Of a stretch of DNA of 64,000 nucleotides, positions 49,075 to 57,755 are shown piece after piece. The stretch is from an uncultured virus (IMG/VR IMGVR_UViG_3300031857_023291) (taxonomy: Duplodnaviria > Heunggongvirae > Uroviricota > Caudoviricetes): the IMG/VR virus record IMGVR_UViG_3300031857_023291; one strand, given 5' to 3'. Under the pieces are notes generated by a model. That model was given only the letters and a program-made list of their open reading frames with translations. It ran no database searches and was not told where the DNA came from. The translations under genes and the position numbers were made by a program. Position 1 is the first letter of the stretch. Each line of letters opens with the position of its first letter.

Positions 49075-49365
49075 TTAGTATCTTTTAATTACATTACCAT
49101 ACCGATCTCTGAGTTGTGTTTCAGATTTAGTCCTAACCACTATATTAGTATCTTGAAATTTTGCCTCAATAGCACCCTCACATATTTTTCTTATTCTATT
49201 TCCATAGATATCTCTAGTCTCAACAACACCATTTAAATAAGTTACAATAAATATTTTTTCTTTTTCAGAAAAATTAGCATAATTAACTGAATCACATATT
49301 TTCCTGGAAGTGTTCCCATTACTATCACATGTGTAAAGCGTATCTAATTTTATCTTAAAATTCAT
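49075..49365 (-). CDS. small repeat protein (D..GN..RKIC repeats)
   Basis: DSNGNTSRKIC, DIYGNRIRKIC, DRYGNVIKRY; TATATTTG upstream. Confidence 0.5.
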   Translation of the reverse strand: MNFKIKLDTLYTCDSNGNTSRKICDSVNYANFSEKEKIFIVTYLNGVVETRDIYGNRIRKICEGAIEAKFQDTNIVVRTKSETQLRDRYGNVIKRY

Positions 49366-49434
49366 AGGTTTTTTATTGATATTACAAATATAAGAATTAA
49401 TATTTGATTTTCCTAATGAAATATATACCACAAT

Positions 49435-51570
49435 ATGACTAGGCTTACAAAATTATCTATTTTATTGTCATCAATTTTGTTGTTAATTTTTATAACGACT
49501 CAATCTTTAGTAGTTTTTCATTTCATTGACTATGTTGATGGCATTGGATATATTGGAATGTCTTTATTTTTAGCTTTGATTCCATTTTTTGGCGTTTTTA
49601 TATTTGAAACAATTAGAAGAAATAAGAAAACCAGAGAGGAGGTAGAATATCAAAGAAAACTAAAAAACGTAATTATTTCTCAAAGTAGAAATTCTTTGTT
49701 CTACGAAGGCAGAGTGAACGATGGTGCCAGGACATTAACAAGAGAAGTAACTAATACTATTAACACAGATAGATGTTCAGTATGGTTATATAACGAAGAC
49801 AAAACATCTATTATTTGTAAACAACTTTATATAAAGAGTGAGGATCATTGGTATACTGATATTGAACTATTCAGAAAAGATTTTGAGAACTATTTTATGT
49901 ATTTAGAAATCGATCCAATTATTATAGCAAATGATGCTGAGAAACACTCCGCGACCTCTTGTTTTACAGAAGTTTATCTTAAACCATTAGGGGTAAAATC
50001 AATGCTAGATGTCCCGATAACTTATAAAGGAGAAACAATTGGAGTTATTTGTATTGAAAGTCTTACTTTAAGAGAATGGAAAGAAGCTGAAGTTAATTTT
50101 GCACAGATGTTATCAACGCTTTATTCATTTGCTTATTCAATTAAAGAAGGTAATAATCAAAAGAAACAAATTGAAGAAATTGAAAAATTTATTGAAGAGT
50201 CAGCACTTGTCTCTAAAACAGATGAATGTGGTAAAATAACTTATGCAAATAAGAAATTTACAGAAGTCTCAGGTTGGAATTTAGATGAATTATTAGGTAA
50301 AGATCACAATATTGTAAATTCAGGAATACATCCATCAGACTTATGGAAAGAAATGTATAAAGAAACCGTAAAAAATAGAAAAGTATGGAACTTTATTGTT
50401 ACAAATAGGGCTAAAGGTGGGCATCTTTATTATGTTGATACTTATATTAAAGCTGAGTTTGATCCAGAAACAGACGAGTTAATTGGATTTATGTCAATAA
50501 GACAAGACGTATCCGATCTAAAGAAAAAAGAACTAGATATTAGAGATAGAATGAATGCTATCAATCAATCTAACTTAGTTATAGAATTTGATACATTAGG
50601 TTATGTAAAATATGCTAATAATAATTTTTGCCATAGTATGGGTTATAAAATGAAGGATATTATAGGAAAGCATCACAGTATTTTTGTTGAAAAAGAATTC
50701 TCTGAATCAAAAGAATATAGTAAATTTTGGAATAAATTAAAAAAAGGTGATTTCGAAGCTTCGGAATTTAAAAGAATTAAAAAAGATGGTAGTGAAGTTT
50801 GGTTACAAGCAACATATAATCCAATTTTTGATAGCGAAGGAAATGTTATAAGGATAATGAAAATTGCAACTGATATCACTGATAAAGTTTTACAATCAAT
50901 AGAAATAGAAAAGAAGAATACTTATCTAGAACATGCTGCTAAAATATTAAGACATGACATGCACTCTGGTATTAATACTTATATGCCTAGAGGAGTTAAT
51001 TCACTTGAGAGAAGATTATCAGAAGAAGATATAAAAAATCTTAAAATAGAAGCTCCTCTTAAAATGATAAAAGAAGGACTAAAACACGCACAAAAAGTTT
51101 ATAAAGGAGTATATGAATTTACCAACTTAGTAAAAAAAGATGTGGTTTTAAATAAAGAAGAGTGTAATATAAAAGAAATTTTATCAGATTATCTTTCATC
51201 AACCTCTTACAAATCACAAGTTATTTTAGATGATAATCTACCATCATTAGAAGTCAATGAAGCTCTTTTTTGCACATCTATCGATAATCTAATTAGAAAT
51301 GGGTTAAAGTATAATGACAGTGATACTAAATGGGTTAAAGTTTATTTAGAAGATAAATTTATTTGTGTAGAGGATAATGGTAGAGGTATAAGTCAAAAAG
51401 ATTTTGACGAACTATCAAAACCCTATGTTAGAAAAAAAGACCAAAAAGAATCAGGAACAGGACTTGGTCTTAACATTTGTATTGCAATACTTAAAGAGCA
51501 TAAATTTACAATTACCTGCCACAAAATTAAAAATGGTGGGACAAAATTAAAAATTAAAATATATGATTGA
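49435..51570 (+). CDS. sensor histidine kinase (2 TM, GAF, 2 PAS/PAC, HisKA, HATPase)
   Basis: DRCSVW/SMLDVPI GAF; YANKKF and YANNNF...WLQATYNP PAS; RHDMHS H-box; NLIRNGLKY, DNGRG, GTGLGL. Confidence 0.9.
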   Translation: MTRLTKLSILLSSILLLIFITTQSLVVFHFIDYVDGIGYIGMSLFLALIPFFGVFIFETIRRNKKTREEVEYQRKLKNVIISQSRNSLFYEGRVNDGARTLTREVTNTINTDRCSVWLYNEDKTSIICKQLYIKSEDHWYTDIELFRKDFENYFMYLEIDPIIIANDAEKHSATSCFTEVYLKPLGVKSMLDVPITYKGETIGVICIESLTLREWKEAEVNFAQMLSTLYSFAYSIKEGNNQKKQIEEIEKFIEESALVSKTDECGKITYANKKFTEVSGWNLDELLGKDHNIVNSGIHPSDLWKEMYKETVKNRKVWNFIVTNRAKGGHLYYVDTYIKAEFDPETDELIGFMSIRQDVSDLKKKELDIRDRMNAINQSNLVIEFDTLGYVKYANNNFCHSMGYKMKDIIGKHHSIFVEKEFSESKEYSKFWNKLKKGDFEASEFKRIKKDGSEVWLQATYNPIFDSEGNVIRIMKIATDITDKVLQSIEIEKKNTYLEHAAKILRHDMHSGINTYMPRGVNSLERRLSEEDIKNLKIEAPLKMIKEGLKHAQKVYKGVYEFTNLVKKDVVLNKEECNIKEILSDYLSSTSYKSQVILDDNLPSLEVNEALFCTSIDNLIRNGLKYNDSDTKWVKVYLEDKFICVEDNGRGISQKDFDELSKPYVRKKDQKESGTGLGLNICIAILKEHKFTITCHKIKNGGTKLKIKIYD

Positions 51571-51997
51571 TTCAATTTTATTAGTAGACGATGAAGATCT
51601 TTTTCATCTTGTATTTGAAGACGCTTGTAGTCTTTTAGACATTACACTTTCATTAGAGAGTTTAACTTCAGCAGACGAGGCTGCAAAACTATTCAAAGGT
51701 TGGTTTGATGGAACCGGTGGAAAAAGACCTGAGTGTGTTTTTGTAGACTTAAATATTATTGGCTCTTCTTTTGATGGTATAGAGCTTATTAGAAAAATAA
51801 ATTTTGAATATGGTGACGGGTTTGTTATTGGAATAATCTCATCATCAAATGAACCAGATGAACAAGCTAAAGCTTTAAAAGCAGGAGCTCAATTTTGGAT
51901 TATTAAGTCAGATGATATAGAACCTAGACTTGAAGAATTTAGAAAAGATTACGACGGATTTAAAAATAGAACACTACCATTCAAAATTTATAAATAA
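51563..51997 (+). CDS. single-domain response regulator (REC)
   Basis: ILLVDDE, FVDLN phosphoacceptor, DGIE, SSS, IIK; no output domain. Confidence 0.88.
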   Translation: MIDSILLVDDEDLFHLVFEDACSLLDITLSLESLTSADEAAKLFKGWFDGTGGKRPECVFVDLNIIGSSFDGIELIRKINFEYGDGFVIGIISSSNEPDEQAKALKAGAQFWIIKSDDIEPRLEEFRKDYDGFKNRTLPFKIYK

Positions 51998-52004
51998 AAA
52001 CTAT

Positions 52005-52667
52005 ATGAAGTTAAATAAGGAGACAAAGAAACAATTGCTTGATCTATGGCATGAAAGAAGAATTGCCTTAGAGGGTAATATATTGAAAGTAATTGATTCT
52101 GAAGGAGATGATGAATTTCAAAAATATATTGATGAAGCTTTAAATAAAGACAAAGAAAGTAGAAGAAAAAGATTAGAAATCACAAGACAAGTTCAATCTC
52201 AAAATAATGAACTCATCAAATGGAAAGAGGGAAATGAAAAGATTCAAGAAGAGCTGAAACTTTCATTAGAAAAAACTGAAAAATCTATGTTCGAGGCTCA
52301 ACAAGCTACTGTAGAGGCTGAATCGGCTAAGGAAGAAGCTGAAAGTGCTAGAATAGAAGCGGAAAAAGCTAAAATTGAGGCTGAAAATGCTAAATTAGCC
52401 GCTGAGAATGATTTAGACCTAATACAGAAGAAGACTCAGTTTGAACTGATAGGGACTATAATAAGAGTTGCACTATGGGTTATTTTAGGAGTTGGTATTG
52501 TTACCACTGCTGTTTATCTAATTGCTCTTTTTACAGGAGTTGACACTGCCGTTATAGGATCTACTTGGTCAAATATAATAGGTATTTTACTAACAAACTC
52601 ATTTAGTATTGTTGGAACAATAATGGGTGTCAAATACGCATCTGAATCAAAAGAAAAAGCCAACTAA
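52005..52667 (+). CDS. coiled-coil protein with two C-terminal TM helices
   Basis: AE.AK heptad repeats; two hydrophobic helices; start placed at MKLNKE. Confidence 0.65.
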   Translation: MKLNKETKKQLLDLWHERRIALEGNILKVIDSEGDDEFQKYIDEALNKDKESRRKRLEITRQVQSQNNELIKWKEGNEKIQEELKLSLEKTEKSMFEAQQATVEAESAKEEAESARIEAEKAKIEAENAKLAAENDLDLIQKKTQFELIGTIIRVALWVILGVGIVTTAVYLIALFTGVDTAVIGSTWSNIIGILLTNSFSIVGTIMGVKYASESKEKAN

Positions 52668-52687
52668 ATTAGTTGGCTTTCTTTTTT
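52655..52687. terminator. bidirectional intrinsic terminator
   Basis: AAAGCCAACTAA-A-TTAGTTGGCTTT followed by a T-tract. Confidence 0.7.
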
Positions 52688-52962
52688 TAATAATCGTTGT
52701 CGTCGTCATAGTCATAATACATATCATCATCTTCATCATCACTCTCATCTTCTCTTTCTAAGTAAGGGAACACATCATTTTCATCAAATGATTCTATAAG
52801 TTCATCAACCTCTTCTTCTTCTAAATCTATATCTACAATTTTGAAAACATCACCATCTAGATCAAATTCGATTTTTCCTTCCTTCTTTAATTCTTTTAAT
52901 TTCTTTACAATGCCTTTTTTGTCTGTGCATTCATCTAAGCTGTAATAATTGAATAGTGCCAT
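52687..52962 (-). CDS. small highly acidic protein
   Basis: 91 aa with Asp/Glu-rich C-terminus. Confidence 0.55.
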   Translation of the reverse strand: MALFNYYSLDECTDKKGIVKKLKELKKEGKIEFDLDGDVFKIVDIDLEEEEVDELIESFDENDVFPYLEREDESDDEDDDMYYDYDDDNDY

Positions 52963-52970
52963 AAGTTTAC

Positions 52971-53714
52971 TTATTTTTTGTTTAAAATTTTTGCTATCTC
53001 TGTTTCTGAAAGTCTTGGTAAGTCTTCTACTACCGGATATTTTGATACTACTCTAAATTTCTCACCATCCTCTAAATAAGAAATATCAAGATAGTAAGAC
53101 TCACACCTAACCTTCATTATTGAATTTGTTATCTTAATCGGTATAATTTCTGAATCTTTACTTAAGTCATAATTATCTAAATTTTTGATAAAATTCCAAT
53201 TGTCATTGTTATAAAAATGATTTCTTAAAAGTTTTATAAATTTACTTTCTTTTTCAAAAATTTCATTTTTTCTTACACCATGAACATCTTTAAATTTAAA
53301 ACCAATTGTAATGTGAAAGTCAAAATCAGGTAGACCATATCTCTTTCTCACGGCATTTAATTTGTCACTTTGACAAACAATAAAGAAGGACCTATTACCA
53401 CTCCTTTCAGCAGTGCCTATACCTTTCATTTTTAAATCATCTATCTCATAACTAAAAATGTAATCTAAAGAATTTACAAACTTATCAATTCCTATTTCTT
53501 TAGATAAACGATTATACTCACCTACATTAATTACAGTTAGATGATACTTACCTAAATCTCTTGATTTTTGTAAATCCGTAAATTGTTTAAAATCATCTTC
53601 TCCAATTGAATCTTGAAGTTCGTTCAGAAAGGGTTGAACTATTTCATTTTGAATTTTAAGACCTAAGTAATTATTACCCAATACATCTTTTAAATATTCT
53701 ACATAGTAAATCAT
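52971..53714 (-). CDS. 2H phosphoesterase-domain protein
   Basis: Two HxT motifs (YHLTV, FHITIGF) followed by DVHG. Confidence 0.7.
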   Translation of the reverse strand: MIYYVEYLKDVLGNNYLGLKIQNEIVQPFLNELQDSIGEDDFKQFTDLQKSRDLGKYHLTVINVGEYNRLSKEIGIDKFVNSLDYIFSYEIDDLKMKGIGTAERSGNRSFFIVCQSDKLNAVRKRYGLPDFDFHITIGFKFKDVHGVRKNEIFEKESKFIKLLRNHFYNNDNWNFIKNLDNYDLSKDSEIIPIKITNSIMKVRCESYYLDISYLEDGEKFRVVSKYPVVEDLPRLSETEIAKILNKK

Positions 53715-53744
53715 AATGATTATATATTAAAAAGAAAATAAAGA

Positions 53745-55934
53745 TTATCTTAATAGATTGACATGTCCGTTTATAAGATTGAATCCATCATTATCTTCGT
53801 TTCCAAATCTTATTTTCCAAGTATATATACCACTTTGACAAGGTTTTCCACCATATGTACCATCCCACTTAGCATTGTGATCGAAAGACTCCCAAACAAT
53901 TTCTCCCCATCTATTCCAAATTTCTAAATGAAACTCAGCTGGTGAAAACCCAGATGTAAAGACTACCTCAAAAACTTGATTATGCTCATCATCATCTGGT
54001 GTAAAAGAATTAGGTATGTAATAAATTACCTCAGGACAAACTGATATATTAACGGTTGTTGTCTCAATTTCAGAAAAACAACCATTAGATTCTACATAAA
54101 CAGATATGTTACTGATGCCTTCTGAAAAATTAGCTAATAGATTTTGAGATTGTATTGTATCACCATTTAAAATCCAAAAATGATTTGAAGGTTCTTGACT
54201 TGATGTTACCGAAAGACTAACACTCGCTGAGTCTTCATCACATATTTGAATAAATGCGTTATCTGGATTGATTTCGACTATTTCAGGTTTTGGCGTAACC
54301 ACAATATCTGAAGTTGTTTGAAATTGACAACCTGATAAAGTATAGGAATAAATTACCTGATTGATAGGCAAATTAGTTTGACTCGGACAGAATAAACTGC
54401 CGTTTACACCTAATCCAGAAAATTGACCTCCAGTTGGTATTGCTGACAATTGCTGACAACTCTCATAGATACAAAAAGGACCTATCTGAGTAATTAATGG
54501 ATTGATATCTAGTATAGTTGAAACTATCTGTACAGGCAATCCTAAACAACCATTTTCTACAGGAGTTACTTCAGTAATTACTTGTCCGCTATTTTGTGAA
54601 AAGTCAATAACAATCTGATTAGAACCTTGACCAGATATTATATTACCTGTTGATTGCCAAATATATTGAAAATTAGGATTAACCGAAACAAAAAAAACTT
54701 CAGAGTTTGAACCAACACAAATAGTATCTGGACCTGTAATATTTGAGGTTGTTGGTATAGGTGAATCTATAAGTACAATAGGATTTGTAACTACACTACA
54801 GCCTTGAGCATCCAAAACATTCGCAGTATAGCTTCCTGCACAAAGACCACCAATAGTAGCCCCAATAGTACCAGTAGACCAAGTAATAGTAAATGGTGGA
54901 GTGCCATTTTGTGGTGTTAATGTAGCAGCACCATCACAATCACCATTACAAGATGGATTAGTAATTTGTACTAAAGGTTGTGATAGATTAACAGGACCGG
55001 GCTGAACAAATATAGTGTCAGGTGGCAGCCCTGTCTGTGAATTACAACTTGACCAACCAGCAAAACAAGCTGGGTATTCTAATTTACAAGTGTAATAAGC
55101 ACCTGCTTGAGGCGGTGTAACATTAATTGTTAGTCCTGTTCCGATTGCAACTGGATTTCCTACTTGATACCAGGTTGGTGTTGGTGTGATAACAGCACCA
55201 GACGGTACCCATCTTCTCCCATCATTTTGAGCAGTCCATTGTGTTGAGTTTCTTCCAGGAGTTACCACGGCCTGAGTACCATTTGAATTTTGAACACACT
55301 GAGTGGCCGTTCCATTTGCCCAAGCACAGAACTGTTTATTTTGTGTATGAACCTCTATTACATTTGTAGACTCATATAAAACTATATGAAATGTACCAGT
55401 AATTGATGTACAAGAATACATCGGAACATTAATCCAACTTACAACTAATTTACGACAAGGCGCAGTGCCTTGAACTTGATACCTAATTTGACCACCTAAT
55501 GCTGGATTCCAATCCTGCCAAACACCCATAACTGAGTTAACAGGAGTAGCATTTGAAGGAACATTAGCGGAAGTATATGTTGTTGGTTGATTTGGTGAAA
55601 ATGATATCCATCCATTACTGCCTATATAAAATTGTGTATAGGAATTGCCATAAAAACAAAAGGTAAATCCAATTTGAAAAGGACCCTGTTGTGAGTCATC
55701 TGTCATTTGAATTGATGTACCAGTATTTGTTTGATTGACAAAATTAATTTGTGAATTTTGATAAGTTGTGGTTGAATTTGGATTTAATCCAGCACCACAT
55801 TGACTAAGGTCCGCAGTAAGAGTTGTTGAATTTTGTCCACAAGGTAAAAAAATATCAGGACCTATAAATGGGCAATTCTGAGAAAAAAGTGTAGTGGAAA
55901 GTATTAAAAATAGAATTGAAATAAAATTTCTCAT
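53745..55934 (-). CDS. secreted SprB-like adhesin with T9SS type B C-terminal domain
   Basis: Signal peptide; PSCNGDCDG...GTPPF SprB-type repeat; YIPNSFTP...NRWGE...WDG...GHVNLLR. Confidence 0.85.
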   Translation of the reverse strand: MRNFISILFLILSTTLFSQNCPFIGPDIFLPCGQNSTTLTADLSQCGAGLNPNSTTTYQNSQINFVNQTNTGTSIQMTDDSQQGPFQIGFTFCFYGNSYTQFYIGSNGWISFSPNQPTTYTSANVPSNATPVNSVMGVWQDWNPALGGQIRYQVQGTAPCRKLVVSWINVPMYSCTSITGTFHIVLYESTNVIEVHTQNKQFCAWANGTATQCVQNSNGTQAVVTPGRNSTQWTAQNDGRRWVPSGAVITPTPTWYQVGNPVAIGTGLTINVTPPQAGAYYTCKLEYPACFAGWSSCNSQTGLPPDTIFVQPGPVNLSQPLVQITNPSCNGDCDGAATLTPQNGTPPFTITWSTGTIGATIGGLCAGSYTANVLDAQGCSVVTNPIVLIDSPIPTTSNITGPDTICVGSNSEVFFVSVNPNFQYIWQSTGNIISGQGSNQIVIDFSQNSGQVITEVTPVENGCLGLPVQIVSTILDINPLITQIGPFCIYESCQQLSAIPTGGQFSGLGVNGSLFCPSQTNLPINQVIYSYTLSGCQFQTTSDIVVTPKPEIVEINPDNAFIQICDEDSASVSLSVTSSQEPSNHFWILNGDTIQSQNLLANFSEGISNISVYVESNGCFSEIETTTVNISVCPEVIYYIPNSFTPDDDEHNQVFEVVFTSGFSPAEFHLEIWNRWGEIVWESFDHNAKWDGTYGGKPCQSGIYTWKIRFGNEDNDGFNLINGHVNLLR

Positions 55935-56044
55935 AAATTATATATGTAATTTTTTTTTTTAGTTTTTACGATTTTTTTATAATAGTGATATATAAAATAC
56001 CAATACTTTAGCATATACGTAAAAAAAATTAACATTGATTGTGT

Positions 56045-57220
56045 TTAGTTGAGCATTTGTTTGAAATTTTCAATTTCAATTCTTTTTATTTCATCACCTA
56101 AGTCTTTTCCTTTGAAACCTTGTGACATCAATTCCTGAGCAGATGTTGTTGGTTTGTATTCTACAAACTTTATTTTTACTGGATCATTTATACCTAACGC
56201 TCTAAACCATTCTAAAATAGTTTTATCTTCTATATGACATTGTAATTTTGATTTATGTAAATCAAATGCAGTATCTGCTGTTAATTCTAAAAGTCTAATT
56301 AAAAAGACAACTTTAGAAGCTATCTGAGAATCTATTCTATATTCTTGCACTAATCTTTTTTCTAAACCATCTGTATTCTCATTTTTAAAAAGGTTGGCAA
56401 TCACAACAACAAAGTCTTTACTATCAACTAATTCAGTATTGATGTTAGATCCTGGAAATACTTCAGACCACATATCAAATTTAGTAAAGAAGTTAAGATA
56501 ATTTCTATAGTCTTTTGCTTGTTTCCAAGACTTGCACATTTCTTCCCAAATTCTTTCTTGAGAAATTCTTTTCATTTCACCACTTTCAGGATCAATGTTT
56601 TCTAATTGTTTTCTTTTTTCAATTGCCTTCTCGGTATCTTTATGTAGTGGGTGTCCATATCTTGAAGCAAAACGGAAAGCTCTTAAAATTCTTAAAGAAT
56701 CTTCATCAAATCTTTCAATCGGATCACCAACCATTTGAGTGACACCTTGCTCTAAATGTTCACGACCACCAGTCAAATCAACTATTTCTTTTTTATCTAA
56801 ATCGTAAAAAAGCGCATTATATGTTAAGTCTCTTCGTTTAACATCATCTTCAATAGTAACTCCTAATTTTACTTCAGGGTTTCTACCTTTTGAAACATCT
56901 TCTCTGAATGTAGCAATTTCCATACCCATTGGTTGATCGTTGGTAAATACAACAACAACTCCGAATGCCTTACCCTGTAAATTGGTTTTGTATTTATTTC
57001 CTAATATTTCTAATACTTCATCTGGAAGTGCATCAGTCGCTAAGTCAAAGTCTTTAGGAGTATCTCCAGTTAAGAAGTCTCTAACGGCTCCTCCAACAAC
57101 ATATAGTTTCTTGCCTTTTGATTTGAAAAGTAATTGTAAATCTTTTACAGACTCTGGAATAATATCCCACATATTGTCTGATTTTGATTCTAAAAATTGT
57201 TTATATTTTTTTATTTTCAT
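56045..57220 (-). CDS. cca: class II tRNA nucleotidyltransferase (CCA-adding enzyme) with leader MKIKKYKQFLES
   Basis: VGGAVRD, KDFDLAT, EIATFR, RRDLTYNAL, EDSLRILRAFRF, SQERIWEE. Confidence 0.85.
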   Translation of the reverse strand: MKIKKYKQFLESKSDNMWDIIPESVKDLQLLFKSKGKKLYVVGGAVRDFLTGDTPKDFDLATDALPDEVLEILGNKYKTNLQGKAFGVVVVFTNDQPMGMEIATFREDVSKGRNPEVKLGVTIEDDVKRRDLTYNALFYDLDKKEIVDLTGGREHLEQGVTQMVGDPIERFDEDSLRILRAFRFASRYGHPLHKDTEKAIEKRKQLENIDPESGEMKRISQERIWEEMCKSWKQAKDYRNYLNFFTKFDMWSEVFPGSNINTELVDSKDFVVVIANLFKNENTDGLEKRLVQEYRIDSQIASKVVFLIRLLELTADTAFDLHKSKLQCHIEDKTILEWFRALGINDPVKIKFVEYKPTTSAQELMSQGFKGKDLGDEIKRIEIENFKQMLN

Positions 57221-57254
57221 ATAGCTATATATTCAGTAAAAGATAATAAAAAGT

Positions 57255-57752
57255 TTAGTATATGACTATACCGAACTCTATAAAATTAGAAGGTGAAACC
57301 TCTCTGAAACTTTTGTTGAGATTGTCTATATTATATTCTAAAATAGAAAATCTTGAATCACCACCACAAGTCCAAAAAAACAATTTTAAAGACTCTTCTC
57401 CTAAATAAAACTCAAGATGTTTGAGTGTGTTATAAAACCAACTGGTGTTATATTTTCTTGGTTTTAAGAAATCATTTTTTATAAAATTTTTATCAAATTC
57501 AAAATTTATATAAATTTTAGGTTCGATAGATTTTTTTACCATTGTTGGTAATTTTTTCAATGGAGTTTTAACCAAATTATTAAAATTTAGATCATCGTAT
57601 GTGAATATATCAAACTCCATATCATTTTCTTGAAATTCAATTAGAATATCTTTAATGACTTTACAAGTCGATGTTAAATCTAATTGATTGTTTTCAAAAT
57701 TAATTGAAGTGGATTCGTTAAATTTCTTTAAGTATTTCATAATGTATTTCAT
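57255..57752 (-). CDS. hypothetical protein with leader MKYLKKFNES
   Basis: Leader; IKDILIEFQEND domain. Confidence 0.6.
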   Translation of the reverse strand: MKYIMKYLKKFNESTSINFENNQLDLTSTCKVIKDILIEFQENDMEFDIFTYDDLNFNNLVKTPLKKLPTMVKKSIEPKIYINFEFDKNFIKNDFLKPRKYNTSWFYNTLKHLEFYLGEESLKLFFWTCGGDSRFSILEYNIDNLNKSFREVSPSNFIEFGIVIY

Positions 57753-57755
57753 AAT

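Noticed and set aside
52300..52410. Short repeated GCTGAA/GCTAAA units
   Set aside because: They encode the AE.AK coiled-coil heptads, not a separate DNA repeat element.
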